Program-made: the position numbers and the translations under genes
Shown here: one piece after another, positions 20,841 through 31,995 of the stretch
Position numbering within the stretch: position 1 is the first letter of the stretch
Layout: each line of letters begins with the position of its first letter
Assembly: GCA_965219455.1 (NCBI GenBank)
Contig: OZ244744.1
Span: 5,632,001-5,696,000 of the forward strand
Source: Candidatus Latescibacterota bacterium
GTDB lineage: Bacteria; Latescibacterota; UBA2968; GCA-2709665
Length of the DNA stretch: 64,000 bases
Reading direction: 5' to 3'
Notes under the pieces: model-generated
Seen by the model: the letters and a program-made list of their open reading frames with translations, nothing else
Told to the model about the DNA's origin: nothing
Database searches by the model: none

Positions 20841-21228
20841 TTGACTATGATTATCGGGATGGACTGTGATTTAGCCCCATGAAAAGACTGTAGTTGATGT
20901 GATTTTGGGATTGAACAGGGGGAAGTCATGGCGACAGGAAGAGACGGCCCGTTCATTGCACGTCCGGCTCCCCACACCGGATTCTTCTCGCAGGTCATTG
21001 ACAAGATACGCGAAAGGCATCAACAGGAAAAGACGTTGAGTTTTTTCAGAGAAATTGCCTCGTACACCTGCAAGACGGATAGGTCGATCGACGGGTTACG
21101 GCAAATCCGGATCGAATCACTCAGATCCTGAAAACCCTCCGATATCAAACTCAAATCAGGACAACACACCTCCAGGGTGCGTTGTCCTGTTGTCTGATTT
21201 CCTGCGAAGGGTATTCAGGGAATGGAAT

Positions 21229-21483
21229 CTATTCCGGTTCTTCATCCAACCGTTGTCCGAATGCCTTGAGACTGGACACCTGGACCGCCGCGTGGTGCAG
21301 CTGTTTGAGGCGCTGCACGTCGTCAATTTCCGCGACGCGGGCAGCCAGAGGATGCGACGCGGGGAGATCGAATCGAATCTCGAGTACTGCGAGAATACTT
21401 TCCTGGAGCCCTCGCTCAATGCCTTGTTCGATGCCCTGTCGGGTGAGGTATCGGGCAAAGGATGATTCACGTATGAGGTCCAT
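21229..21483 (-). CDS. Putative RpnS-like small protein translated from an internal RBS
   Basis: AAGGAGG-5nt-ATG at 21495-21481; MDLIRESSFARYLTRQGIEQGIERG.. (84 aa). Confidence 0.55.
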   Translation of the reverse strand: MDLIRESSFARYLTRQGIEQGIERGLQESILAVLEIRFDLPASHPLAARVAEIDDVQRLKQLHHAAVQVSSLKAFGQRLDEEPE

Positions 21484-21780
21484 AATACCCTCCTTTGAGA
21501 CAATATCAGAAATGGTCTCAGGCGCGTACGCCAACCCACTCAGCAGAGACATGCCGGCCAGATAATCGGCTTTGTTCGACGCGGCCATTGGCCGCGCGTG
21601 AGCCGTGTGGATACAGTGGCGCAACCAGGCCTGTGAAGCCATCCCTTGGGGTGGCCTCATCAACGGCGCAAAGGCGATCAGCCCCTCGTGTCCCGCATCG
21701 AGAATGCCCTGACCATCCAGTTCACTCAGCCGAATCACCCTGTACTGCACGTGCACCCGATGGACAGGGCCCTCTGGGTG
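21229..21780 (-). pseudogene. Rpn family gene copy with the N-terminal nuclease domain deleted
   Basis: Closely similar to the 3' two-thirds of 22625-23506. Its upstream flank (21780-21836) matches 23529-23587, so about 350 bp of coding sequence is missing. Confidence 0.8.
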
Positions 21781-22233
21781 AGAGGGACGGCTCCGCGTAA
21801 ACAAATTACGGGATCGGGGCGGAAAGTCAATTGCGACCTGAAAATTATCGAAGAATCATTCACGAACCGAAACTGCCGCTGAATCCACCTCGTTCGTTGC
21901 CCTGTCCCACCGCATCGTCGAACTCGCAGGAGGCGGGGTCCGCCGAAGCCCTTCGGGCAGAAAGCAACCTTTGGGGCGACGCAAATAACGTTATATCAAT
22001 CGAATTGGGAGAAAACTACCGTATACGTTCAAGATAATTATGTCAGGGTCGCTTTTGCAGGTTGATGCGGCAAGAATATGGAGGGTGTCTCCCACGGGGG
22101 CCTCCTGACCAGCCTGCCTGTGCGCCTGCCTGCCGCGCCCGACGCGGCGCAGGCAGGTCACCGCAAGCGGACAGGTGACAGTGGTACCTTGCTGTCTCGG
22201 GAATTGGAAGCCAGTACAGGCGATCTGTCTCAG

Positions 22234-22471
22234 ATGGTTGACGCGCTCAAGGGATACTTCGAAAAAAGGCTTGAAAGGGTGGAGCGGACATTCTTGTCTG
22301 CTCACATACATCAAACCGGAACCAGGGTATCCTGTGTCCGGGCACGCCACGACTCGCCGCCGTCTCCACCACTGGAAAAGGGACGGCGCTATCTATTGGA
22401 TCACTTCTGTCTGCATTCGGGCAGAAGAACAATGAGAAGGGCAGACAGGAATGTCTACCCCACCTTCACAC
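22234..22471 (+). mobile_element. Relic of a REP-associated tyrosine transposase (RAYT) element with flanking REPs, copy 1
   Basis: REP GTGGAGCGGACATTCTTGTCTGCTC (22279-22303), RAYT N-terminus TRRRLHHWKRDGAIYWIT, inverted REP 22440-22463; homologous to 32631-33057. Confidence 0.65.
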
Positions 22472-22624
22472 ACCATCCCGCGATGGCGGCGCTGTTGACC
22501 GGCAGATTGCTCCAGGTCCGGACTGAAGGGCCCGAGTTGATCAAAATAAAAACGGGACAACGCACCTTTATAGTGCATTTTCCTGTTGTCTCATTCACCG
22601 CGAAGCGTATTCAGGGAATGGAGT

Positions 22625-23506
22625 TCATTCCGGTTCTTGATCCAATAAGTGACCAAATGCCTTGGGACTGGACACCTGAACCGCCGCGCGGTGCAGGTGT
22701 TTGAGACGTGGAAGGTCGTCAATTTTCGCAATGCGGGCGGCCAGAGGATGCGACGCGGGGAGATCGAATCGAATCTCGAGTACGGCGAGTATACTTTCCT
22801 GGAGCCCTCGCTCAATGCCCTGTTGGGTGAGGTATCGGGCAAAGGATGATTCACGTAGGAGATCCATCATGCCCTCCTTCGAAATGATATCAGTAATGGT
22901 TTCCGGCACGTACGCCAGGCCGCTCAGCAGAGCCATACCGGCGAGATAGTCAGCCTTGTCCGACTGCGCCATCGGCCGAGCCTGAGCGGTGTGCAAACAT
23001 CGGCGCAACCACGCCTGTGAAGCCATGCCTTCAGGCGGCTTCATCAACGGCGCGAAGGCGATCAGCCCCTCGTGTCCCGCATCGAGAACCCCTTGGCCAT
23101 CCTGCTCGCTCAACCGTATCACCCGGTACTGCACAAATACCCGATGACCCGGATGCGATTGCGAATACTGTCCCGGATCCCGTCCGCCCGAATCGGGGCG
23201 CAGGTAGATGACGCTGGAACAGACGGGTAAACCATGGCGTTCGATAGCCCGCCCTATGTATCCGGCCATGCGACGCGGCATAGGCGAGTCGGTACTGTCA
23301 GTCGTTTGAAATTCGGTGTGGACCAGCGCCTCCCGGCCGTCGATGCGGACGCGAATGAGACTGTCGGCGTGGCTTGCCGAGACCGTAGGCTGCTGAGTGT
23401 CAACGACTTCAACGACCTGCACGTCCTCCCGCCCGAGGGTAAAACAGGCAAAATCGCCGGGATAGGTTTGGATCAGGTGCTTGGAGATCGCATCGAATTC
23501 TGCCAT
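22625..23506 (-). CDS. Rpn family recombination-promoting nuclease / PD-(D/E)xK protein
   Basis: FDAISKHL..ADSLIRV..LVHTEFQT..MPRRMAGY..VIYL and C-terminal QQGIERG..LEIRF. Internal AAGGAGG RBS before ATG 22867. Confidence 0.9.
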   Translation of the reverse strand: MAEFDAISKHLIQTYPGDFACFTLGREDVQVVEVVDTQQPTVSASHADSLIRVRIDGREALVHTEFQTTDSTDSPMPRRMAGYIGRAIERHGLPVCSSVIYLRPDSGGRDPGQYSQSHPGHRVFVQYRVIRLSEQDGQGVLDAGHEGLIAFAPLMKPPEGMASQAWLRRCLHTAQARPMAQSDKADYLAGMALLSGLAYVPETITDIISKEGMMDLLRESSFARYLTQQGIERGLQESILAVLEIRFDLPASHPLAARIAKIDDLPRLKHLHRAAVQVSSPKAFGHLLDQEPE

Positions 23507-24416
23507 GCAAGATGCCCTGCGGCCTTGGGAGAGAGGGGGCGGCTCCGCATAAACAAGATACGAGATCAGGGCGGAAAGTCAATTGCGTCATGAGAGTTTT
23601 CGGAAATCCGTAAACCGGCGCCTCCAGGCGGCCCGATTAGACCGATCCTGAAATGGCCGCATATCGGCGATCATCAACAGTTTCCCACCGGCTGATCAGC
23701 GGCCAGGGCGACACGTCCCCTCGGGCTTCAGATGGGCATTTTCACGACCTTCTGAACCATGGCGCAAGGCATCCCGTTGGCCAACTGGAGGAGCGATCGA
23801 CGTAGGATCCCACCGAATTTGTATATATTTGCGGAAATAATAGATAAAAACGTAAAAATTATAAAAAATCACAATAGTTGCAATATGCGATTATTATGTT
23901 ATATTGTGCCTGAACGCGTCAGAAATCTGACTCGTTCAATTCGCGACTCGTCTTTCATGCGAAAGCCCGAGCACACAAAAAGACCGCCGGTTCCATGACC
24001 CGCAAAGTCGAAAACCGACGGTCAACCAAAAAGGTCCACAGCCCGCGTGTTCCCCGGCACGATAGCGCCAGGGGACGGGATGCGGCCATCACTATTTATA
24101 AATATACGGAACCTGTGTTGTGATGTCAATTGTGGCGAACCGTAATCGAGCATCCGGATAACCGAACCGGCGTATCGAATTCCTCGTCGCGGTCAAGGAA
24201 CCCCGCCATACGCCATAGCGTTCGCTCGAGAACCCGCTGGGCGCATTTCTGTGAGATCACTTCCCAAGTGCCTCCCGGCGTCAATGCAACATGCGCACTC
24301 ATTAAGATATCCATCAAACTTTCATGTCCGGTCTATTTCGTGTCCGTCTGACTACGTCCATTCAAAATCGTCTCTTCCACCAACCAGAAGGCGTCAAATC
24401 AGAAAGGTAGGAGACC

Positions 24417-27400
24417 ATGCGTGCGCTTCGAGATCGTCTCACATGTTTCGTGAACGGGGAATTTATTTTCGCGCCTGTCTCAGGCTGTGCGATCATATTT
24501 ATCGCCCTTTTGCTTAGCCCGCTGTCTCTTTCTTCACAGAACAGTTTTTCACTGTCCGCGGACGTGGATGGCGCCGCCGGCGACCAGGAGGTCACGGCGA
24601 TGGAGGTATCCCCTGAAACGACGGTTTCCATCCAGGTTTACGCGAGCGACGTGAGCCAGGCGCAGGGCGTGTCCATTCGTTTGGTATACGATGCGGGTCA
24701 GGTCGTCTACGACGGTACCGACCCGGGCGACCTGTTTCCCAATGCCCAGGTGCTGGTGGAGACCGGGACGAACCCGACGTCGGTCACGTTGGGCATTGCG
24801 TCGATGGGCGGTCGGGCCGCGGCGTCAGCGGGCCTTGTGGGCACGGTTCGGTTTCGCACGTCAGCCACGTTCACGGGCACGACGATCCGTTTCGTGGAAG
24901 CCACGCTGGGCAGGGGCGGACAACAGGAAACCCTGATGCCGAATATCAATGTCGTTCTGCAACCCGTTGCGGCCGGGCCTTCTCCCGACTTTGACGGCGA
25001 TGGTACGGTCGGGTTTACTGACTTTGTACAATTCGCGGGCAACTATGGGTCGCAAGAGGGTGATGGGACTTACGACGCGCGGTTTGACCTGGACGGAGAC
25101 GGGGCCGTGGGATTTTCGGATTTCCTGGCACTTGCCGGGCAATTCGGACAAGACGTGGCGCCGCCGACCCCCACGGCGCCGGACCGCGACGTGCTGGTGG
25201 CGCTGTACAACGCAACCGGCGGGGACAACTGGACGACCCAGACCAACTGGCTGACGGACAACCCGCTCGATACGTGGCACGGCGTCACGGTAGAGATAGG
25301 TCGGGTTACGGGTTTAAGCCTGTCCCGGAACAATCTGACCGGCACAATCCCTGCTGAGTTGGGCAATCTGGCCAGCCTCGACAGCCTGAAACTCGACCAA
25401 AACGCGTTGAGTGGAGCCATACCGCCCGCGTTAGGCGATCTATCCAACTTGAGGATGCTGAATCTTTACTGGAACAGATTGAGTGGTGAAATCCCCGGCG
25501 AACTGGCTAACCTGACGAACCTGAAGTCGTTGGTGCTTAGCGGAAATCAGTTGAGTGGCCCAATCCCATCCTTCTTAGGAAATCTCACGAACCTGAAGTC
25601 GTTGGTGCTTAGCGGAAATCAGTTGAGTGGCCCAATCCCATCCTTCTTAGGAAATCTCACGAACCTGAAGTCGTTGGTGCTTAGCGGAAATCAGTTGAGT
25701 GGTCCGATTCCGTCCTTCCTGGGAAACCTAATCAACCTGAAGCAACTATATCTTGACAGGAATCAGTTGACTGGTGGTACAATTCCTGTGTGGTTGGGCA
25801 ACCTTACGAATCTGACGAATCTTGGACTCAGCTACAGCCAACTGGCTGGTCCGATTCCATCCGAATTGGCCATCCTGTCTAAGCTGCGACAATTGACGCT
25901 ATCTGGCAATCAGTTGACTGGCACAATTCCTTTATGGTTGGGCAACCTGTCTGACTTGAGAAGCTTGCAACTTGGCAACAATCAGCTTACTGGTCCGGTT
26001 CCGGTCGAGTTGGGCAAGCTTGCGAACCTCAGATATCTTGCACTTTCCGACAATCAGTTGAACGGTCCGATTCCGGTCGAGTTGGGCAAGCTTGCGAACC
26101 TCAGATTTCTTGCACTTTCCGACAATCAGTTGAACGGTCCGATTCCGGTTGAATTGGGTAACATGACGAACATGGAAAATCTATACCTTGGCAACAATCA
26201 GCTTACTGGCCCGGTTCCGGTCGAATTGGGCATGCTTGCAAACCTGAGTCATCTTTCACTTCGATCCAATCAGTTGAATGGTCCGGTTCCGGTCGAGTTG
26301 GGCAAGCTTGCGAACTTCAGATATCTTGCACTTTCCGACAATCAGTTGAACGGTCCGATTCCGGTCGAGTTGGGCAACATGACGAACATGGAAAATCTAT
26401 ACCTTGGCAACAATCAGCTTAGTGGTCCGATTCCGGTCGAGTTGGGCAAGCTTGCGAACCTCAGATATCTTGCACTTTCCGACAATCAGTTGACCGGCCC
26501 GATTCCGGTCGAGTTGGCCAAATTAACCAATCTGAGACAGTTGACACTTGCGGGGAATCAGTTGACCGGACCGATTCCATCCGAATTGGGCAATCTGACC
26601 AAACTGACTTGGATAGAACTGGGTGAGAATCAATTGAGTGGTTCGCTTCCTCAGAGCCTGACAGGGCTGAAAGGGCTCGAAAGATTTCACTTTGGTGACA
26701 ACGCGGGATTATGTGCGCCGCTCGAGACGGCCTTTCAGACGTGGCTACAGGCCATTGAAGATGTCGATGGCCCGACCTGCGCCCCGGCATCCCAGCGCGA
26801 GGCGTTGGTGGCGCTGTACAATGCAACTGATGGAGACAATTGGACGAATAACACCAACTGGCTGTCTGACAATGACATTTCCACCTGGCATGGCGTTGGC
26901 GTTTCTAATGGGTATGTTACGCACCTTGACCTGAGAAACCATAACTTGACGGGTGAGCTTCCGGCTGAACTGGGCAAACTGACCAACCTCGAGAGCCTGC
27001 ATCTACCCGGAAATGCGTTAACCGGAAAGATACCCGTGGAATTGGGCAACCTCACGAATCTCACACACCTCTGGCTTTACACAAATGCGTTGAGTGGTTC
27101 GATTCCCATAGAATTGGGCGGTCTGGACAACCTCAAGGTACTGGCTCTTGGCCAGAATCAACTGAGTGGCGGGATTCCAATGGAATTGGGCAACCTGTCC
27201 AACCTTGAGGAACTGAGTCTTAACGACAATCAGTTGAGCGGAACGATTCCCGTGGAATTGGCCAACCTGACCAATCTTAGGGATCTGAATTTTGGCGGCA
27301 ATCAATTGAGTGGCACGATTCCAATAGAATTGGGCGGTCTGGACAACCTCAAGGTACTGGCTCTTGGCCAGAATCAACTGAGTGGCGGGATTCCAATGGA

Positions 27401-28256
27401 ATTGGGCAACCTGTCCAACCTTGAGGAACTGAGTCTTAACGACAATCAGTTGAGCGGAACGATTCCCGTGGAATTGGCCAACCTGACCAATCTTAGGGAT
27501 CTGAATTTTGGCGGCAATCAATTGAGTGGCACGATTCCAATAGAATTGGGCGGTCTGGACAACCTCAAGGTACTGGCTCTTGGCCAGAATCAACTGAGTG
27601 GCGGGATTCCAATGGAATTGGGCAACCTGTCCAACCTTGAGGAACTGTATCTCGACACAAATGCGTTAAGCAGTTCGATACCCGTAGAATTGGGCGGTCT
27701 GGACAACCTCAAGGTACTGAATCTTCGTGAGAATCAATTAAGTGGCGGGATTTCAATCGAATTGGGCAAATTGTCCAACCTTGAGGAACTGAATCTTGCC
27801 GACAATCAGTTGAGCGGTGCGATTCCCGTGGAATTGGGGGACCTCTCAAACCTGGAGTTTCTGGGTCTCGACAGCAATAGGTTGAGTGGAGTGATCCCGA
27901 CAGAATTGGGCAATTTGACCAGTCTCACTTACCTGGATCTTGGCGGCAATCAGTTGAGTGGCGTGATTCCAACGGAATTGGGCAATCTGACCAGCCTGAC
28001 GGAGGAACTGAGTCTTGCAGGCAATCGGTTAAGCGGTATGGTACCTTCGGAATTGGGCAACCTGGCCAACCTTACTCAACTATGGCTTAGCCTCAATCAG
28101 CTGAGTGGTGCGCTTCCTCAAAGCCTTACCAGCCTGACGAAGCTGGAGGTATTTCACTTCGGAGGGGAAGGAGGGCTCTGTGCCCCGCTCGATTCGGACT
28201 TTCAGACGTGGTTGCAGGGGATCCAGGAGACCGGTGGCCCGAATTGTTCCGAATAG
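24417..28256 (+). CDS. Secreted plant-type LRR protein with N-terminal cohesin-like and EF-hand-pair/dockerin-like modules
   Basis: AGGAG RBS, signal region, cohesin-like beta domain, [28 protein letters not shown], then two LRR blocks (about 19 and 17 units of LxxLxLxxNxLsGxIPxxLG), each with an ALYNAT..W..NW N-cap and a GLCAP..C C-cap. Confidence 0.9.
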   Translation: MRALRDRLTCFVNGEFIFAPVSGCAIIFIALLLSPLSLSSQNSFSLSADVDGAAGDQEVTAMEVSPETTVSIQVYASDVSQAQGVSIRLVYDAGQVVYDGTDPGDLFPNAQVLVETGTNPTSVTLGIASMGGRAAASAGLVGTVRFRTSATFTGTTIRFVEATLGRGGQQETLMPNINVVLQPVAAGPSPDFDGDGTVGFTDFVQFAGNYGSQEGDGTYDARFDLDGDGAVGFSDFLALAGQFGQDVAPPTPTAPDRDVLVALYNATGGDNWTTQTNWLTDNPLDTWHGVTVEIGRVTGLSLSRNNLTGTIPAELGNLASLDSLKLDQNALSGAIPPALGDLSNLRMLNLYWNRLSGEIPGELANLTNLKSLVLSGNQLSGPIPSFLGNLTNLKSLVLSGNQLSGPIPSFLGNLTNLKSLVLSGNQLSGPIPSFLGNLINLKQLYLDRNQLTGGTIPVWLGNLTNLTNLGLSYSQLAGPIPSELAILSKLRQLTLSGNQLTGTIPLWLGNLSDLRSLQLGNNQLTGPVPVELGKLANLRYLALSDNQLNGPIPVELGKLANLRFLALSDNQLNGPIPVELGNMTNMENLYLGNNQLTGPVPVELGMLANLSHLSLRSNQLNGPVPVELGKLANFRYLALSDNQLNGPIPVELGNMTNMENLYLGNNQLSGPIPVELGKLANLRYLALSDNQLTGPIPVELAKLTNLRQLTLAGNQLTGPIPSELGNLTKLTWIELGENQLSGSLPQSLTGLKGLERFHFGDNAGLCAPLETAFQTWLQAIEDVDGPTCAPASQREALVALYNATDGDNWTNNTNWLSDNDISTWHGVGVSNGYVTHLDLRNHNLTGELPAELGKLTNLESLHLPGNALTGKIPVELGNLTNLTHLWLYTNALSGSIPIELGGLDNLKVLALGQNQLSGGIPMELGNLSNLEELSLNDNQLSGTIPVELANLTNLRDLNFGGNQLSGTIPIELGGLDNLKVLALGQNQLSGGIPMELGNLSNLEELSLNDNQLSGTIPVELANLTNLRDLNFGGNQLSGTIPIELGGLDNLKVLALGQNQLSGGIPMELGNLSNLEELYLDTNALSSSIPVELGGLDNLKVLNLRENQLSGGISIELGKLSNLEELNLADNQLSGAIPVELGDLSNLEFLGLDSNRLSGVIPTELGNLTSLTYLDLGGNQLSGVIPTELGNLTSLTEELSLAGNRLSGMVPSELGNLANLTQLWLSLNQLSGALPQSLTSLTKLEVFHFGGEGGLCAPLDSDFQTWLQGIQETGGPNCSE
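25515..25702 (+). repeat. Exact 72-bp tandem repeat (about 2.6 units, one LRR each)
   Basis: Unit ACGAACCTGAAGTCGTTGGTGCTT... starts at 25515, 25587 and 25659. Confidence 0.9.
27108..27647 (+). repeat. Exact 216-bp tandem repeat (about 2.5 units, three LRRs each)
   Basis: Unit ATAGAATTGGGCGGTCTGGACAAC... starts at 27108, 27324 and 27540. Confidence 0.9.
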
Positions 28257-28436
28257 GCGCGACACAGGCGATTGCCATTACGAGGACCACCCTCGCCGGT
28301 GCTTCTGTAAAGACGTTCACGTTCGACACGTCTTGGGAATAGCGAGGCGCCAAATGCAATCAAGGTCGCGGTTCACCCTGAACTCAACCTCGGCAGGTTT
28401 TACCATCGGGGTCCACCCTATTGCAGAGAGGATGAT

Positions 28437-29246
28437 ATGCTGAAACGGCTTGTTGTATCCATATGCGCGATATTGTCAATGGTCGCCGCTGCATCGGCTG
28501 GAGAACTGACGCGTGGATTGACCATTTCCGGAGGACAGAACGCCTTCGCAACGCTCACGCTCGAGCGCGTAAACGACCCGGCGGCCGAGAGCGGCGTGCT
28601 CAAGATCCATGTCTCGTTGTCACAGACGAGGAACCTGAAAGGATACGGATTTTCGCTTCAGTTCGATCCGGTGAAGTATGCGTTCCTGGAAGCCAGGGAG
28701 TTGGAGGGCAATCTGCTCAACGCAGTTCCCGGCCGGCAAACGCTGTTCCTGTCTTCGAGCCGGACGCCGGGCCAACTGGATATCGGCGCCGTGAAAGTGG
28801 ATGGCCAGGGCGCCAGCGGCGAGGGCAAGCTCGTCGAGCTAGTATTCAGGACGAGCGGCACGCCGGCCGCTGCTGACTTTCAGGTCTCGGAGAGCGTGCT
28901 GGTGGGGCTGGACGGTAAGCTGGACGCGGCGGCACGCGTTCAAGTCGGCGATTTGAAGCCGTTGCCCGACCGGTTTGCTCTGGATCAGAATATGCCGAAT
29001 CCCTTCAACCCCGCCACCGTCATCGGATATCAGTTGCCCGAAGCGGGTCGGGTGCGGCTGGCGATATATAACCTGCTGGGCCAGGAGGTTCGCGTTCTGG
29101 TCGACGAACAAATGGAAGCCGGTTCATTCACGGCGACCTGGGATAGCACAGACGAACTGGGCCGTCGGGTAGCCAGCGGCGTCTATCTGTATCGGATCCA
29201 GGCCGACGATGTCTCCGCCTCCAGGCGAATGTTATTGTTGAAATAG
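28437..29246 (+). CDS. Cohesin-like domain plus FlgD-Ig / T9SS type A sorting-like C-terminal domain protein
   Basis: Signal peptide; LKGYGFSLQFDP..GEGKLVELVFR cohesin-like domain; ALDQNMPNPFNPAT.I.Y.LP..IYNLLGQEV..WD..G..VASGVYLYR..RMLLLK CTD. Confidence 0.85.
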   Translation: MLKRLVVSICAILSMVAAASAGELTRGLTISGGQNAFATLTLERVNDPAAESGVLKIHVSLSQTRNLKGYGFSLQFDPVKYAFLEARELEGNLLNAVPGRQTLFLSSSRTPGQLDIGAVKVDGQGASGEGKLVELVFRTSGTPAAADFQVSESVLVGLDGKLDAAARVQVGDLKPLPDRFALDQNMPNPFNPATVIGYQLPEAGRVRLAIYNLLGQEVRVLVDEQMEAGSFTATWDSTDELGRRVASGVYLYRIQADDVSASRRMLLLK

Positions 29247-29363
29247 GCGTGGACCGATTTTCACCCTTGCACGGTGGACCCGACACCATTGGTAGCGGTC
29301 CTTGTTGCTGTCTGACCCGCCAACAAGCGGGAAGCGGCGGGGCAATGTGTCCTTCCGCTGTAG

Positions 29364-29531
29364 TCGCGGGCTTCCGGTTGGTGTCACCCCCACCGATGGG
29401 GCTTCCCGTGTTGCGTCGGATCTCCTTGTATACGTGCCGTCGCCATTACCCCGGCGGGACCGTTGGGTGCGCGCGTTGCCTTCTTCCCCAACGACGGCGG
29501 CCTTCCCCGAAATTCAGCCGGGTCGGCTCCC
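29364..29531 (-). mobile_element. Group II intron ribozyme fragment (domain I region)
   Basis: Minus strand GGGAGCCGACCC..GGGGAAGGCCGCC..CCGCCGGGGTAATGGCGACGGCACG..GCAACACGGGAAGCCCC resembles bacterial group II intron domain I. No RT ORF and no domain V/VI seen. Confidence 0.65.
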
Positions 29532-29779
29532 GGCAAGCCTGCGCCTCTTCCAGGATGTGAAGCTTGTACTGCGCGGTGAACCGACGGCGCTTCGCACGCT
29601 CCACAACTTCGGGATCAGGCCTCGCCGTTGTGGAGGTCCCGCGCGGGACCTCCACAACCATAGACCGCTCTCTGCCATTGTCTACAACATCGGTTCTTGA
29701 CCTCATCGCATGCTCTCCTCTCCGCCCTCAAGACTACACTAAACTCGGATGGGGAGTTGTCTCACTATATATTGGCACG
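29524..29779 (-). mobile_element. IS3-family left-end fragment with truncated orfA
   Basis: PDPEVVERAKRRRFTAQYKLHILEEAQACREP is a typical IS3 orfA N-terminus; IR-like end GTGCCAATATATAGTGAGACA at 29778-29758. Confidence 0.75.
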
Positions 29780-30155
29780 TAGGGTGCCGCATGATTTATT
29801 GGCAATGTACAGACGCTTCAATGGTTACCTACTAAAACGAGAGCCATTGCCGGGTATGGCGAATTTCTGCCTGACGATTCTTGAAAGGGAATTCCCGAAA
29901 AATGCCCGCAAGAATGCTGCCAATAAATATGGTATTGATAACCGTGTGCTCCAGGAGGTTGGAAACCTAGCCGCCAATAAGGGTGGCGGAAGGTCTGCAA
30001 GGAAGGCCGACGGTATTGCCAGTGATCTTACAAAGGATGAATCCTTCTTGATTGAAGAGGCTGTCAAGGCGATGATCCTCAGGCTGACGGACGTGTCATT
30101 TGACCGTGACGAACGGTACCCTAAAATCACTCTTGAAGATCTGTCCATCGTATAA
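29780..30155 (+). pseudogene. N-terminally truncated hypothetical protein (cut by the IS end)
   Basis: Protein-like open frame directly abutting the IS end; lower GC; no recognisable start or RBS. Confidence 0.45.
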
Positions 30156-30453
30156 TGTGGAGAAACTGTTCTCTGTGCCTGTGTCAGGTTCTGCGTGCGC
30201 CCAGAGCCAGTGTTTACAATCTTGCCAGTCGAAGAACTAACAAGGGGATCTTATATCTACGCGCTGCACACAATCGCTTCAAATTGTGTCACAGAAGCCC
30301 AAATCGTATGATGGAAGCAAGAAGCCGATGTCAAAGGACCTAATAATCGGCAGAGACAAAAATTGCAAGTCGTCCACGCTAACATCTTGCAAGCGGAAAG
30401 CCCTTGTACGTATTTCCAGCCAGGATGATTGCAGTGACAAAGGGAGTTGACGT

Positions 30454-31881
30454 ATGAATTCCGATCCCGAAAATTACTCCAAATGGAGACCTATGGTCAG
30501 CTATTTGAAACATCGTTTCGTTTTTTTCGTCACCCGATTCGTGCTGCTGATCGCGATACTAGCGGCTGTACTAATAACGCCCCTTATGGTATTCGCGTTG
30601 AGCGTGGCATTGATCTTGGTGTCAATTTACATTTTCGGATGGGATTCGGGAAATTTAAGCAAGTTATTTAATTTAAAAAGCTTGAATTGGGTTTCGTTGG
30701 CATTCAAAAACTCACATAATATAGCAATTGTCACCCTGCTTCTCATTCTGCTACTTAGTTCAAATAAACGTCTTAGAAATTCGCTATCGAACATCTTAGT
30801 AAATGCTGGTGGCGTTTTTCAGAAACCAGTACAAATAGAAGTCGATAACGAGAAAAGTCCGTATGGTATCTGGCGCTACTACTTCAAGAAGATATGGCCG
30901 TCATTGAAATCAACGTATGCCGAATTTTTCGCATTGCTTACGCTGGCGGCCTACCCTAATCTGCGGCGTTTTTTTACTAACGTGTGGAAGTACATAGTAG
31001 AACCAATCACTAAGTACAAAGAACTTATTGTCGCTGTTGCGTCGATCTCGGTTATTACGTCCGTTACTTTTAATGTAGTGATACAAGAACATAGGGGTCC
31101 GGGCCCCACTGAGGCATGGAGTGACAGCGTCACAGCGATGTTTGGCGCTCTCAAAGACACGGTGAATGGAATCGCAATTCCAGGCACCAAGGAGTGGAGA
31201 GACAGTGTTACTAATTCACTTAAAAATATCGAAGAAAACGTAGTTCGCGCTACACCGTCCATATCCTACTTGTTCAAGGAGGATGACGAGTTTTTGTTGG
31301 TTTATCGGGAAGGAGATTTGAAAACAAAGGATGGTATCTGTCCGGATGATAGAAACTCGAAGTGGTTGGAGTTGTTCAAGTCCATGATTGTAGACACCCA
31401 CACGAACACGGACCCGACGTGCTTGGAACTGAAAATAAGTGGATTCGCGAGCATTTCGCCTGTGCTTGTCGGTGGAGTTATAGATAGCCTGCGGTCGGAT
31501 GCGCTCAATTGCGAAATCGCCAATCAGCGCGCGGAGGCACTCGTCTACTTCTTGACGACCGAGCCCTACGACTCGACAGAATGCAGGACTGTACTTAACG
31601 ACGATCGTCGATGGGGGCGAACTGACGGCGAAATCATTAAGCGTGGTAGGCCAGATACATCTGCGTGGAATAAGACAGACTTTGTCCTGACATACGATCA
31701 ATCATTGGGTGTCCGATTGGATGGACCACACTTCGATGTCACGTACAATCCGTGGAAAAAATATGAGGATATGGCAAAGGAAAAGCCGGCAAAAGACGAT
31801 TCATCAGGTGTCGCCTTACAACACGACCTCCAGTTTGTCAACCGCTCCGCGCATATCACTATTGGGCGAGGCGCCAACTGA
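30454..31881 (+). CDS. Low-GC membrane protein with a possible OmpA-like C-terminal domain
   Basis: Several N-terminal TM segments; ISGFAS..NCEIANQRAEAL..NRSAHITI resembles OmpA_C motifs. Confidence 0.6.
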   Translation: MNSDPENYSKWRPMVSYLKHRFVFFVTRFVLLIAILAAVLITPLMVFALSVALILVSIYIFGWDSGNLSKLFNLKSLNWVSLAFKNSHNIAIVTLLLILLLSSNKRLRNSLSNILVNAGGVFQKPVQIEVDNEKSPYGIWRYYFKKIWPSLKSTYAEFFALLTLAAYPNLRRFFTNVWKYIVEPITKYKELIVAVASISVITSVTFNVVIQEHRGPGPTEAWSDSVTAMFGALKDTVNGIAIPGTKEWRDSVTNSLKNIEENVVRATPSISYLFKEDDEFLLVYREGDLKTKDGICPDDRNSKWLELFKSMIVDTHTNTDPTCLELKISGFASISPVLVGGVIDSLRSDALNCEIANQRAEALVYFLTTEPYDSTECRTVLNDDRRWGRTDGEIIKRGRPDTSAWNKTDFVLTYDQSLGVRLDGPHFDVTYNPWKKYEDMAKEKPAKDDSSGVALQHDLQFVNRSAHITIGRGAN

Positions 31882-31995
31882 ACAACGGGATTGGACAGAA
31901 CTAGACGATTGGAATAAATCTCTGGTTTTTGTGTTAGTTAAGAAGAACTAACGGATCATTACAGGCCGAGTCTTCTTCCTTTCTCAATTGACATT

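Noticed and set aside
20928-21131. 67-aa ORF with a purine-rich upstream sequence
   Set aside because: Could be real, but no homology clue is visible; insufficient support.
21840-22272. Possible degraded hsdM C-terminal fragments (also 32400-32670)
   Set aside because: Resemblance is limited to a few residues across stops and frameshifts; needs BLASTX.
23940-24100. c-di-GMP-I riboswitch upstream of the LRR gene
   Set aside because: GCAAAG and GAAA words are present, but the P1/P2 arrangement of the consensus could not be built.
25515-27647. CRISPR array or DGR template/variable repeats
   Set aside because: The repeats are in-frame coding LRR units without spacers; differences are not adenine-specific and there is no reverse transcriptase in the window.
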